From: a virus
Direction: 5' to 3' (one strand)
Length of the DNA: 64,000 bases
IMG/VR virus record: IMGVR_UViG_3300022752_004829
Location: 19,359 to 83,358 of that record
Shown here: piece by piece, positions 8,946 to 19,309 of the stretch
Position numbering within the stretch: the stretch's first letter is position 1
Layout: each line of letters starts with the position of its first letter
Notes under the pieces: generated by a model
Told to the model about the DNA's origin: nothing
What the model saw: only the letters and a program-made list of their open reading frames with translations
The model's database searches: none
Made by a program: the position numbers and the translations under genes

Positions 8946-9910
8946 AAGTAGCGTTTTTTAATCATCAATTATGTATAAGAGGATCTACTGTGTCTTTATA
9001 TAATTATGCGTTAGCTAATCAAACACTATTAGGCAATGAATCAATTATTGTATATATGACTGATCCAGATAATCTTCCTCACACAGATTCTACAGTATTA
9101 GAAAAGTTTAATAAAACATTTAAAACTAGGGGGTTTGATAATTGGGAAACATTAGATCAATACCTAAAAGAAGAAAAAGTTGATGTACTCTTTAAGAGTT
9201 GCGGTGGGTGGAACGATGGTAAAGTAAGTAAACATGCAAAAACGTGCGTTCAAGCAATTTTTGATATATATCAACCACACGGAGACGTTTACTCATATCT
9301 TCATGAATATATGTCAAATAAGATGACTAGCGGAAAGGCCCCATATGTTTATGGTATATGCGACTATCTGCCAGAGTCTAATTTAAATTTAAGAAAGATT
9401 TATAATATTCCATCTAGCGCAAAAGTCTTTGGTAGAATTGGAGCGAAAGATTCATTTAATGTAGATTGTGCAAAACATGCAATTATAGATTTAGTCAATA
9501 ATACAGAAGATGTTTATTTTATGTTTTTTGGTACAGATTCTTTTTATGAACATCCTAGAATTATATACTTACCAAAGTCTCATGAATATCAAGATAAATC
9601 AAATTTTGTAAATGCTTGTGATGCAATGCTTCATGCAAGAATAGATGGAGAAATTTTTAGTTTATCTATATCAGAATTTTTATGGTTTGATAAACCAATT
9701 ATTACATATCATATAGGACATCAAACTGGACATTTTGAAATTCTAAAAGATAAAGCTATAATTTATAAAGATAAAGAATCTTTATGCTCTATTATTAAAA
9801 ATTTTAATAAAAATAATTATCCTAAAAATTACTATAAATCAATTATAATAGATAATGGATTTACGACAGAAAAAGTAATGCAAAAATTTAAAGAAGTTTA
9901 TTTAAGTTAA
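8942..9910 (+). CDS. GT-B (GT4-like) glycosyltransferase
   Basis: RGSTVSLYNYA, VFGRIG..DSF and CDAMLHARIDGEIFSLSISE (E-x7-E). Confidence 0.75.
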   Translation: MKVAFFNHQLCIRGSTVSLYNYALANQTLLGNESIIVYMTDPDNLPHTDSTVLEKFNKTFKTRGFDNWETLDQYLKEEKVDVLFKSCGGWNDGKVSKHAKTCVQAIFDIYQPHGDVYSYLHEYMSNKMTSGKAPYVYGICDYLPESNLNLRKIYNIPSSAKVFGRIGAKDSFNVDCAKHAIIDLVNNTEDVYFMFFGTDSFYEHPRIIYLPKSHEYQDKSNFVNACDAMLHARIDGEIFSLSISEFLWFDKPIITYHIGHQTGHFEILKDKAIIYKDKESLCSIIKNFNKNNYPKNYYKSIIIDNGFTTEKVMQKFKEVYLS

Positions 9911-10710
9911 TGAATCTTATAATAGATAGATCAAATCGTTTAGCAAATGAATGGTGCTGGGAATGGCATTATATTATGAATATTTTTAGAGAATTAGAGA
10001 AAAATGAGTCAAATAATTATCAATATATATTTACAGATAATTTAGAAAAACTTCCAGTAGAACCAACTAAAAATACAGTAGTTTTTATTGTTTCCGATGA
10101 ACATTATACTATTCCAAAATATACAGAAAAAGTTAAAGCTATTTTTAAAAATTATGTTTTTCCAGAACAAGAGGGTTTAAGTATATACCCTATTCCCCAA
10201 GGTCATAATAAAGATTTAATTTTTTATCCTTACAAAAATATAGAAGAAAAAACCTATGATATAGGTTTTCAAGGTAATTTTCATACATCTAGACCAATAG
10301 TTATTAAAGGTATTCTTGAAGAAATAAATAAAAGAAATTTAAAATTAAATATTTTATTAAATCAAAGCTCAAATGCATTTGATTATTCTAATAATCTGTG
10401 GAATACAAAAATATCATTATCATTAGATGGCCAAGTAACACCAGAAAATTTTAGATTTTTTGAATCAAGTATCTTAGGATGCGCAATTATTGCTTCAAAT
10501 AATTTACCTAAGAATTGGATATATGATCAGAATCATTATATCAAAGTAGATTGGATGAATCCCAAACAGGTTGTAGATAATATAGAAAATTTATTAAAAA
10601 ACATAGATTTATTAAAAAAATTTTCTAAAGAATCTTATAATGCATGGAATAATATCTATAATCCTAAAAACGTATCGGACTATATAAAGAATAAATTAAA
10701 TCAATTATGA
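9910..10710 (+). CDS. Exostosin/GT47-like (GT-B C-lobe) glycosyltransferase, paralog A
   Basis: YDIGFQG, TKISLSLDG and FRFFES..LGC motifs. Confidence 0.6.
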   Translation: MNLIIDRSNRLANEWCWEWHYIMNIFRELEKNESNNYQYIFTDNLEKLPVEPTKNTVVFIVSDEHYTIPKYTEKVKAIFKNYVFPEQEGLSIYPIPQGHNKDLIFYPYKNIEEKTYDIGFQGNFHTSRPIVIKGILEEINKRNLKLNILLNQSSNAFDYSNNLWNTKISLSLDGQVTPENFRFFESSILGCAIIASNNLPKNWIYDQNHYIKVDWMNPKQVVDNIENLLKNIDLLKKFSKESYNAWNNIYNPKNVSDYIKNKLNQL

Positions 10711-11306
10711 AAAATAAAATAAAAGATATATTATTAGAATATGGACATAAAGGTATTTTTACACACGATGGACATTTTCAATGTTTAACAGATAAAGCAG
10801 CAAGATCATCTCAAGTTGGGCATTCATATGATCATGTATACCCAGATTTGTTAAATAAATTTCTTGGATTAGAAAAATTTACTATGTTTGAAATCGGTAT
10901 TCATAAAGGATATAGCTTAGAAATGTGGACAAAAATATTTCCTCAAGCAGATATTTATGGATTGGATATTGATCATTCTTTAATCGATCCTTATGCTAAC
11001 CTAAATCAAAAGAATATTACTATCCTCCCTCAAGCAAGTCAAATAGACACAAATATTTTAAACTTAATACCCAATATGGATCTAATAATAGATGATGCAT
11101 CTCATAGACCCGATCTAACTATGCGCTCATGGGAAATTTTTAAACATAAATTAAATAAAAATGGACTATATATTATTGAAGATGTACCAGATACAATTTT
11201 CAATGAACAAGTTTTCCCGAAATCTTTTAAAGATAATTTTAAATTAATAGATTTAAGATCTGTAAAAAACAGAAGCGATGACATTATTTTATATTATGAG
11301 AATTAA
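10707..11306 (+). CDS. Class I SAM-dependent sugar O-methyltransferase (MycE/Methyltransf_24-like)
   Basis: HSY..VY, EIGI.KGYSL.MW..FP.A.IYGLDI, DLIIDDASH and GLYIIEDV. Confidence 0.8.
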   Translation: MKNKIKDILLEYGHKGIFTHDGHFQCLTDKAARSSQVGHSYDHVYPDLLNKFLGLEKFTMFEIGIHKGYSLEMWTKIFPQADIYGLDIDHSLIDPYANLNQKNITILPQASQIDTNILNLIPNMDLIIDDASHRPDLTMRSWEIFKHKLNKNGLYIIEDVPDTIFNEQVFPKSFKDNFKLIDLRSVKNRSDDIILYYEN

Positions 11307-12105
11307 ATACTCAATCCAAGAAAACCCAAAAATTACAAGCCAATTTAATAATTTTCCATTTGGATGTGGAGAAATAAAATACTTCATAGATATATGTAGA
11401 GAAATTCAATCTATAAAAAATATAGATAATACAGTTTGGTATGTTGACCCAGATTATAACTATCAAAATCCACCAGATGGTTTATGTAAAGAAGATATAG
11501 TCTTTTATAAAGGAGACGAACATTATAGAATTCCTTCTTGGTATAAAGACTGCAAATTAATTTTAAAACATACAGTTAGAAATAATTTTCCAGAAAATAT
11601 TATACATATACCATTTTTATATACCTCAGATTTTATAGAATTCCCATATGTTCCATTTAATGATAGAAAAATAGATATATTTTTTACTGGAACTTGTTGG
11701 CCAGAAACAAACAGAAGATTTATTCTAGAATATCTAAAGTCAAAATTAAAAAAAGTAAATTTTATTCTTGGTGATTTTATTAATCCGAAAGAATATTATT
11801 ATATTTTAGCTAATACTAAAATCTCTTTATGCTTAGATGGAAAATGGACTCCAGAGTGCTATAGATTTTCAGAATCCGTACAAGCAGGCTCATTAGCTTT
11901 CTCATCTAATTTATCCTATTCAAGACTATTTGATAATTGTCCATATATAGAAACTAACTGGTCAAATCTTGATCAAGTCATAGATCAAATATATTTTTAT
12001 TTAAATAATAAAAATTCTGAAGAAATTTCAATTCAGGCTCATAACTTTTGGTTGAATAATTGGCATCCTAAAAAATGGGCAGAATTAATTCTAGCTAGGA
12101 TTTAA
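11278..12105 (+). CDS. Exostosin/GT47-like glycosyltransferase, paralog B
   Basis: IDIFFTG, TKISLCLDG and YRFSES..AG; shares motifs with 9910..10710. The true start may be the ATG at 11296. Confidence 0.6.
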   Translation: MTLFYIMRIKYSIQENPKITSQFNNFPFGCGEIKYFIDICREIQSIKNIDNTVWYVDPDYNYQNPPDGLCKEDIVFYKGDEHYRIPSWYKDCKLILKHTVRNNFPENIIHIPFLYTSDFIEFPYVPFNDRKIDIFFTGTCWPETNRRFILEYLKSKLKKVNFILGDFINPKEYYYILANTKISLCLDGKWTPECYRFSESVQAGSLAFSSNLSYSRLFDNCPYIETNWSNLDQVIDQIYFYLNNKNSEEISIQAHNFWLNNWHPKKWAELILARI

Positions 12106-13055
12106 TGATAATAGCCAAGACACCATTTAGGATTTCACTGGCTGGAGGATCTACAGATCTTGAATCTTTTTTAGATTTATATGGGCAAGGGTCTGTCATA
12201 AGTTTTCCATGTAATCTTTATACCTATATATCAATTTTTGATGATAAATTAGGTTTTAATTCTTATGATAAGAAATATATAGTTGCATATTCTAAAAGAG
12301 AAGCGACCAATCAAGTAGATAAGATAAAGAATGATATTGCAAGAATTATTCTAAAGAAATATAATATCGCTCCAATTAATGCTACATTTAATTCTGATAT
12401 ATTTAGTTCAAACTGTGGGCTGGCTTCATCTAGTTCTTATACATTATCATTTTTAAATGCTATTTTAAAATTCAAAGGATTAGATTACTCTAATATAGAT
12501 TTATGTAAAGAGGCTTTAGCCATAGAAAGAGAATTCAACCCATTAACTGGACAGCAAGATATTTTTGGATGTGGTATAGGTGGATTCAAAAAGATGGATT
12601 TTTTTAAAGAGAAGAATCCAACATTTAAATATCTCAACGCAGATATGTTTAATAGATATGATTTTAGTTTAATATATACAGGGGTATTGAGATCTTCAAC
12701 TAAAATATTAAAAGAAATAGACCCAAGGAAATCATTTTCTTTACTTAATTTGGTACAGGAAATGGAAATAGCCATAGAAAAAAATAGACATAAAGATTTT
12801 ATCTCTATAATAAAAGAGGGTTGGGTAAAAAAGAAAGAATCAAATCCAAATATTGTATCTAATAAAATAATTAAAAAAATTGATGAAGACCTATCAAATG
12901 ATAAATCTATTTTAGCTCATAGATTATGTGGAGCAGGAAATGGTGGATATTTTTTAGCTATAAAAGAGAAAAGATCAAAAATAAATTTGAATACTAAGTC
13001 TAATATTATTAATATACTTTATGATAAAGAAGGACCAAGGTGCTACAGGATTTAA
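12105..13055 (+). CDS. hddA: GHMP kinase, D-glycero-D-manno-heptose-7-phosphate kinase (HddA-like)
   Basis: KTPFRISLAGGSTD, GLASSS, GQQD..GGF and LCGAGNGG; adjacent to gmhA. Confidence 0.85.
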   Translation: MIIAKTPFRISLAGGSTDLESFLDLYGQGSVISFPCNLYTYISIFDDKLGFNSYDKKYIVAYSKREATNQVDKIKNDIARIILKKYNIAPINATFNSDIFSSNCGLASSSSYTLSFLNAILKFKGLDYSNIDLCKEALAIEREFNPLTGQQDIFGCGIGGFKKMDFFKEKNPTFKYLNADMFNRYDFSLIYTGVLRSSTKILKEIDPRKSFSLLNLVQEMEIAIEKNRHKDFISIIKEGWVKKKESNPNIVSNKIIKKIDEDLSNDKSILAHRLCGAGNGGYFLAIKEKRSKINLNTKSNIINILYDKEGPRCYRI

Positions 13056-13569
13056 AAATAGCATTGATTTGATTAGTAGACTTATAGCTAAAATAACTAA
13101 TGCAGATTTAGTTAAATTCAGAGAAATAATATTTGATTATGATAATATTATTATTATAGGAAATGGCGGAAGCAATTCAATATCTAGTCATATAGCTGTA
13201 GATTATAATAAATTTCTTAAGAAGAGAACATTAGCATTTACTGATCCATCAATGCTTAGTGCATACTTTAATGATTATGGTTTTGAAAAAGTATACGTTA
13301 AGTTTATCGAGCAGAATTTAACCAAAAAAACATTGGTGATATTAATATCTTCTTCTGGAAATTCTTTAAATATTTTAGAATGTGCTAATTTCTGCGAAAA
13401 AAATAAAATAGGATTCTGCTCTTTTACTGGTTTTAATAAAGATAATAAACTTAAAGTAAAATCAGAAAAATCTAAGAATTGCAAATTTAATTATTGGGTC
13501 GAATCAAAAAGCTATGGAGTAGTAGAAAATTGTCATCAAATATTTTTGCATGCGGTTGTCGTAAATTAA
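13021..13569 (+). CDS. gmhA: Phosphoheptose (sedoheptulose-7-phosphate) isomerase, SIS domain
   Basis: IGNGGS..SH, ND.G, ISSSGNS.NI, FTGF and VENCH..LH. Confidence 0.85.
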   Translation: MIKKDQGATGFKNSIDLISRLIAKITNADLVKFREIIFDYDNIIIIGNGGSNSISSHIAVDYNKFLKKRTLAFTDPSMLSAYFNDYGFEKVYVKFIEQNLTKKTLVILISSSGNSLNILECANFCEKNKIGFCSFTGFNKDNKLKVKSEKSKNCKFNYWVESKSYGVVENCHQIFLHAVVVN

Positions 13570-13570
13570 T

Positions 13571-14899
13571 ATGAGATATTGCTTAGATTTAGATAATACA
13601 ATTTGTATAACCGAGAAGAGTGATTATAATAACTCGAAATTAATAGAAAAAGCTAAGACCTTAATTAATAAACTATACGATAATGGAAATTATATTATTA
13701 TAAATACAGCAAGAGGTGCGTCTTCTGGTATAGATTGGACGGATTTTACTAAGAAACAATTAATAGATTGGGGAATTAAATATCATGAGCTTATTATGAA
13801 TGCAAAGCCTAATGCAGATATATTCGTTGATGATAAAAATATTTCTATAGAAGAATGGTATAATTCCGATAAATCTCCAAAAGGATTTATAGCTGGCACA
13901 TTCGATCTTATACATAATGGATACATTAAACTTTTTGAATTTGCAAAACAACATTGTAATAAACTAATTGTAGCAATTCATGAAGATCCATCTTTAGAAA
14001 AGAAAGAGAAAAGCAAGCCTATTCATAGTATAGAAGAAAGAATTGAGATTTTAAAGTCAATTAAGTATATAGACGATATCTTAATATATCAAACAGAAGA
14101 AGATTTATACGAATTAATAAAATTAATGAAACCTAGCATAAGATTTTTGGATGAAACATATAAAAATAAGAAAATAACTGGAGAAAATCTATGCCCAATT
14201 ATGTTTCATGAGAGAAAACATAATTATTCTTATACAAATTTAAAAAATAAAATTTTTGGTGATGAAGCTTTATCAAATAAAATTAATCAAATTATTTTAG
14301 ACTTAGTAGAAAAAGATAATGCTAATATTGATCTTCCGAATCCATTACCTAATGAAATTTTAATAAATTCTTTTATAGATACGGCAATTTCTAATATTAC
14401 CATTAAAAATGGTTTAGTATTAGAATTTGGAGTTTATCAAGGAAGAACGATAAACTATATTGCTTCAAAATTCCCAGATAATATAATATATGGATTTGAT
14501 TCATTCGAAGGTCTTCCAGAGCAATGGAATGATAAGAATCCAAAAGGAATATATACATTGGATGGTAACTTGCCTAAAGTCGAAAAAAACGTTAAATTAA
14601 TTAAAGGATGGTTTAACGAAACTTTACCTACTTTTGTAGCGGAGCATAAAGACCCAATTTCCCTACTGCACGTAGATTGTGATATTTATTCTTCTACAGT
14701 ATGCGTTTTAGAATCATTAAAAGATCAAATTATTGATGGAACAGTAGTTATATTCGATGAAATTTGGAAATATCCAAATTATAAAGAACACGAGATAAAG
14801 GCTTTTGCAGAATTTCTTTTGAAATATGATTTTAAATATGAATGCATCAGAACACTTAAATCAAGATACGCAAAAGCTATATTTATATTAAAAAAATGA
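13571..14899 (+). CDS. Tri-domain fusion: HAD phosphatase + HIGH-type nucleotidyltransferase + TylF-like O-methyltransferase
   Basis: DLDNTI..TARG..KP..FVDDK (HAD); GTFDLIHNGY..KPI.S.EER..SYT (cytidylyltransferase family); LEFGVYQG.T..GFDSFEGLPE..GWF..LHVDCDIYSS..FDE (TylF-like). Confidence 0.85.
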   Translation: MRYCLDLDNTICITEKSDYNNSKLIEKAKTLINKLYDNGNYIIINTARGASSGIDWTDFTKKQLIDWGIKYHELIMNAKPNADIFVDDKNISIEEWYNSDKSPKGFIAGTFDLIHNGYIKLFEFAKQHCNKLIVAIHEDPSLEKKEKSKPIHSIEERIEILKSIKYIDDILIYQTEEDLYELIKLMKPSIRFLDETYKNKKITGENLCPIMFHERKHNYSYTNLKNKIFGDEALSNKINQIILDLVEKDNANIDLPNPLPNEILINSFIDTAISNITIKNGLVLEFGVYQGRTINYIASKFPDNIIYGFDSFEGLPEQWNDKNPKGIYTLDGNLPKVEKNVKLIKGWFNETLPTFVAEHKDPISLLHVDCDIYSSTVCVLESLKDQIIDGTVVIFDEIWKYPNYKEHEIKAFAEFLLKYDFKYECIRTLKSRYAKAIFILKK

Positions 14900-15786
14900 A
14901 AACTAAAGTAATCGTAACAGGCGGATGTGGCTTTATAGGAAGTCATGTAGTAGATCTATTAATAGAAAAGAATTTCGATGTGCATGTAGTAGATAATATT
15001 TCTACTTCAAAAAATAATAAATATATACATCAAGATGCTGTGTACTTGAACCTAGATATAACTCAAAATGTTGAAAAATTAAAAGAAGTATTTAACGGAG
15101 CTAAGTATATATTTCATTTAGCAGCTTTTGCGAGAGTAATTCCATCTATACACGATCCAGTTACTTTTCATAATATAAACGTTAATGGATCTTTAAATGT
15201 TTTCTTAGCGGCGAAAGAAGTTGGGGCAAAAATTATATTTTCTTCTTCATCATCAGTATATGGAAATCCAATAGAATTACCAGTAAAAGAAACTCATAGA
15301 CTAGACCCAATGTGTCCATATGCACTTCATAAGCAAATAGGCGAAGAATATCTTCAATTATTTAATAAAATCTATTCTCTAAATAGTGTTTCTTTACGAT
15401 ATTTTAATGTCTTTGGAGAGAGAGCCCCAAGAGAAGGAGCTTATGTTCCAGTAGTTGGAATATTTTTAAGGCAAAAAGAAGCTGGTGAATCACTAACTAT
15501 AGTTGGTGATGGACTCCAAAATAGAGACTTCGTTCACGCAAAAGATGTAGCTAGAGCAAATTTAGCCGCAGCTTTAGATGAAAGAAGCGGGGCATTTGCA
15601 TATAATGTTGGTTCTGGTAAATCATTATCGGTAATAGAAATAGCAGATAAAATATCAAAAAATATAGTCCATATACCAGAAAGATTTGAATACAAAAGCG
15701 CAAGAAGCGATGTTACTAAAATTAAAAAAGAATTAGGCTGGGAATATGAAATTGAATTAATGCAATGGCTTGAGAAATACGTATGA
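14896..15786 (+). CDS. NAD-dependent nucleotide-sugar epimerase/dehydratase (extended SDR)
   Basis: VTGGCGFIGSH, HLAA, SSSSVYG, YALHK, RYFNVFG and GDGLQNRDF. Confidence 0.92.
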   Translation: MKTKVIVTGGCGFIGSHVVDLLIEKNFDVHVVDNISTSKNNKYIHQDAVYLNLDITQNVEKLKEVFNGAKYIFHLAAFARVIPSIHDPVTFHNINVNGSLNVFLAAKEVGAKIIFSSSSSVYGNPIELPVKETHRLDPMCPYALHKQIGEEYLQLFNKIYSLNSVSLRYFNVFGERAPREGAYVPVVGIFLRQKEAGESLTIVGDGLQNRDFVHAKDVARANLAAALDERSGAFAYNVGSGKSLSVIEIADKISKNIVHIPERFEYKSARSDVTKIKKELGWEYEIELMQWLEKYV

Positions 15787-16556
15787 AAATAATTGATTGT
15801 TTTCTTTTCTCAAATGAATTAGATATACTTGAGATTCGTCTAAATGAATTAAATGATAAAGTAGATAAATTCCTTATCTGTGAATCAAAAGAGACTTTTG
15901 CAGGAAATTCGAAAGAACTTATATATGAAAAAAATAAAAATAGATTCTATCAATTTAATGAAAAGATTATTCATATAATAGTTGATAAATTTCCGCAAAA
16001 TATTTCAGCCGAAAATAGAGAATATTTTAATAGAAATTATATTTTAAATGGTATACCAAACTCATTTACTGATGAAGATATAATTATATTCTCAGATGTA
16101 GATGAAATTCCTAAAATAAACAATCTCAATAAATCCTTAGATCTTTCTGTTTTTAGGCAAGATATGTATTATTTTAATTTCAATACTAAATTTATAGAAC
16201 CAAATGATCACGCTAATTGGCATGGCTCAATAGCATTCAAAGCTAAATTTAAAAGTCAAGTAAATTTACAAAACCTTAGATTTAATAGATACAATATAAA
16301 TACAGTAGTACAAGATGGTGGATGGCATTTTTCTTACTTTAGTAATCCACAGAATGTTATCAATAAAATTAAAAATGGAGGGCATACGGAAATGTTTGAT
16401 TTAAGTCTAAACGAGAATATAATTGCGGAAAGAATTGAGAAAAGAATTGATGTTCTTGGCAGAACTGGTTATATATTAAAAGGAATAGAAAATAATAAAG
16501 ATTTACCAAAATATGTCTTAGACAATAAAGAAAAGTATAGACATCTATTTTACTAA
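15783..16556 (+). CDS. GT17-family glycosyltransferase (MGAT3-like)
   Basis: IDCF.F.NELD.LEIRL.EL...VD.F, SDVDEIP and GGWHFSY. Confidence 0.88.
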   Translation: MKIIDCFLFSNELDILEIRLNELNDKVDKFLICESKETFAGNSKELIYEKNKNRFYQFNEKIIHIIVDKFPQNISAENREYFNRNYILNGIPNSFTDEDIIIFSDVDEIPKINNLNKSLDLSVFRQDMYYFNFNTKFIEPNDHANWHGSIAFKAKFKSQVNLQNLRFNRYNINTVVQDGGWHFSYFSNPQNVINKIKNGGHTEMFDLSLNENIIAERIEKRIDVLGRTGYILKGIENNKDLPKYVLDNKEKYRHLFY

Positions 16557-16577
16557 TAGATATTATATTAAATAAAA

Positions 16578-17576
16578 ATGAATAAAAAACTTTTAATAAC
16601 TGGCGGTGCAGGAATGATAGGATCGGTATTAGCTAGATTTTTTATTGATAAAAAATATCAAGTTATTGTTCTGGACGATTTAAGCGGTGGGTTTATAGAG
16701 AATATTCCCCAACAAGCAAAATTTTATTTAGGTAATATTTGTGACCAAAATTTTATTAATAAAATCTTTGAAATTGAAAAACCACATTTTGTAATTCATT
16801 GCGCGGCTTATGCAGCTGAAATACTTAGCCCTTTTATAAGAAACTATAATTATCAAAATAATCTAATTGGATCAATAAATATTATCAATGCATGCATTAA
16901 TAATGATGTTGACAAAATTATTAATTTTTCTAGTTTTGCTACTTATGGAGAAGGTAAACCGCCATTCAAGGAATCAGATCAAAGAGATCCGAAAGATTGT
17001 TATGGAATAGCTAAATTAGCCGTAGAGATGGACTTGAAAGAGGCGCATGAGCATTTTGGATTAAGGTATTCGACAATACTCCCGCATAATGTAGTTTCTA
17101 AATATCAAAATTATTGGGATAGGTATAGGAATGCAATAGCTATATGGATTAGACAATGTTCACTTGGCGAAGATATAACTATATATGGAGATGGTTTACA
17201 AACAAGAGCTTTTTCTGATTGTAAATATTTATGCGAACCAATTGAAAAATTACTTTATTCTTTTGATAATAATTTTTACAATATTGGATCAGATAATCCA
17301 ATTACAATTAAAGACGCAGCGGAGTTAGTATTAAAAGTGGGAACAGAGTTTGGGTTCAATAAATCTAAGTTAGTTTTTCTTGAGAAAAGGAAAGAAGTAA
17401 TCCATGCATATTGCGACCATGAAAAAGCCAAAAAAGATTTAAATTTCGATGATCATACCAATTTAGAATCTCTGATAAAGGATATGTATAGTCATTATCT
17501 CATTTTTCCAGAAAAAAAAGTTGAATATATGAAATATGAAATAGAAAAAAATATGTATAGTTTTTGGAAAAAATAA
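16578..17576 (+). CDS. NAD-dependent nucleotide-sugar epimerase (extended SDR)
   Basis: ITGGAGMIGS, DDLSGG, HCAAYAAE, YGIAK and YGDGLQTRAF. Confidence 0.9.
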   Translation: MNKKLLITGGAGMIGSVLARFFIDKKYQVIVLDDLSGGFIENIPQQAKFYLGNICDQNFINKIFEIEKPHFVIHCAAYAAEILSPFIRNYNYQNNLIGSINIINACINNDVDKIINFSSFATYGEGKPPFKESDQRDPKDCYGIAKLAVEMDLKEAHEHFGLRYSTILPHNVVSKYQNYWDRYRNAIAIWIRQCSLGEDITIYGDGLQTRAFSDCKYLCEPIEKLLYSFDNNFYNIGSDNPITIKDAAELVLKVGTEFGFNKSKLVFLEKRKEVIHAYCDHEKAKKDLNFDDHTNLESLIKDMYSHYLIFPEKKVEYMKYEIEKNMYSFWKK

Positions 17577-17577
17577 T

Positions 17578-18228
17578 ATGAAATTTGAAAATACAGATCT
17601 TGTCATTGCTAGATACAATGAAGATGTAGATTGGATTAAATCTGAATATTCTAGGATTTTTATTTATAATAAAGGACAACATCTAAACAGAAAGGATGAA
17701 ATATCTTTACCTAATATAGGAAGAGAATCTCAAACATATTTGCATCATATTGTAGAAAATTTTAATAACTTAAATAATATAACAATATTTACCCAAGGAA
17801 ATCCAGATGTTCATTATTTTCATAATAGACATTATAATGAAGAATATTTTTTTGAAATGAAAAAACAAGCAGAAATATATGGCTATTCTTTAAATAAAGA
17901 TTACTATCCAAATGTTATGTTTGGTGGATACAAAGATGGAAATTATAGAGATCATCACCCAACGCTTAGAGATCCAAATATACCGTTATCTAGATTTGCG
18001 ACTATAGGTAAATTTCACGAATATATTTTTGGAAAATCATTTGATCAGTATAAATGGTATGCGAATGGAATATTCGCTATATCGAAAGAAAAAATTTTAT
18101 CAAGAAGCATAGATTTTTATAAAAAAATTCTACTAGACGAAGAACAATTTTATATATCAGGAGAACTAGGCTCTTACTTAGAGAGGACTTGGACCTTAAT
18201 ATTCAATATTCCAGACAATGAAGTATGA
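17578..18228 (+). CDS. DUF3431-like protein (putative glycosyltransferase)
   Basis: LVIARYNEDVDW, IYNKG, LPNIGRESQTYL.HIV, FTQG and LERTW. Confidence 0.8.
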   Translation: MKFENTDLVIARYNEDVDWIKSEYSRIFIYNKGQHLNRKDEISLPNIGRESQTYLHHIVENFNNLNNITIFTQGNPDVHYFHNRHYNEEYFFEMKKQAEIYGYSLNKDYYPNVMFGGYKDGNYRDHHPTLRDPNIPLSRFATIGKFHEYIFGKSFDQYKWYANGIFAISKEKILSRSIDFYKKILLDEEQFYISGELGSYLERTWTLIFNIPDNEV

Positions 18229-19309
18229 TTTTCTAATAGTTGGATGTGGTCTATTTGGAGTAACATTCGCCCAGCAAGCAAAAGAAAAGGGCAAGAGATC
18301 CTTAATCATTGATTCCAGAAACCATATTGGTGGAAATGTTTACACAGAGAATAAAGATGGTATTAATATTCATACTTATGGCGCACATATATTTCATACG
18401 AATAATGATGAAATATGGAATTATATAAATAAATTTACAAAATTTAACCACTTTGTCAACAGGCCTAAAGTAAACTACAAAGATAAAATTTATTCATTTC
18501 CAATTAACTTATTTACCTTATATCAACTCTGGGGAGTAAAAAATCCAGAAGAAGCCAAAATAAAATTAGAGTCTGTAAAAGTAAAGATTCAAGAGCCAAA
18601 GAATCTCGAAGAATGGATACTATCGCAAGTCGGAGAAGAGATTTATTATACCTTTATTTATGGATACACAAAAAAGCAATGGAATAAAGAACCCAAAGAT
18701 CTTCCTTCCTTTATTATAAAAAGATTACCGATTAGATTGAATTTTGATGATAATTACTTTTTTGATAAATATCAAGGTATTCCAATTGGAGGATATACAA
18801 AAATTATAGAAAATATGACAGAAGGAATAGAAGTAATATTAAATGAAAATTATTTTGATAGGAGAGATTACTGGGATCAAAAAGCTAAAAAAATTATTTT
18901 TACTGGTAAGATAGATGAATTTTATAATTATAAATATGGAGAATTAGAGTATAGATCTTTAAAATTTGAGGAAATTAGATTAGATATAAAAGACTATCAA
19001 GGTAATTCATGCGTTAACTATACAGACGAAAATATCCCATACACAAGAATAATAGAACATAAACATTTTGAGTTCGGACAACAAGACCTGACCTATATCA
19101 CTAAAGAATATCCAGCAAATTATATTAAAGAATTAAATACGCCATACTATCCGATAAATAATGATGTAAATAATGATTTATATAAAAAATATAGACAAAT
19201 GAGCGAAAAGGAGAATAATATATTATTCGGAGGTAGATTAGCTGAATATAGATATTATGATATGCACCAAATCATCGGATCAGCATTACAAAAAAGCAAA
19301 ATCATATAA
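18218..19309 (+). CDS. glf: UDP-galactopyranose mutase
   Basis: IVGCGLFG, HIGGN, HTYGAHIFHT, YQGIP..GY, TRIIEHKHF, PYYP and GRLAEYRYYDM. Confidence 0.95.
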   Translation: MKYDFLIVGCGLFGVTFAQQAKEKGKRSLIIDSRNHIGGNVYTENKDGINIHTYGAHIFHTNNDEIWNYINKFTKFNHFVNRPKVNYKDKIYSFPINLFTLYQLWGVKNPEEAKIKLESVKVKIQEPKNLEEWILSQVGEEIYYTFIYGYTKKQWNKEPKDLPSFIIKRLPIRLNFDDNYFFDKYQGIPIGGYTKIIENMTEGIEVILNENYFDRRDYWDQKAKKIIFTGKIDEFYNYKYGELEYRSLKFEEIRLDIKDYQGNSCVNYTDENIPYTRIIEHKHFEFGQQDLTYITKEYPANYIKELNTPYYPINNDVNNDLYKKYRQMSEKENNILFGGRLAEYRYYDMHQIIGSALQKSKII

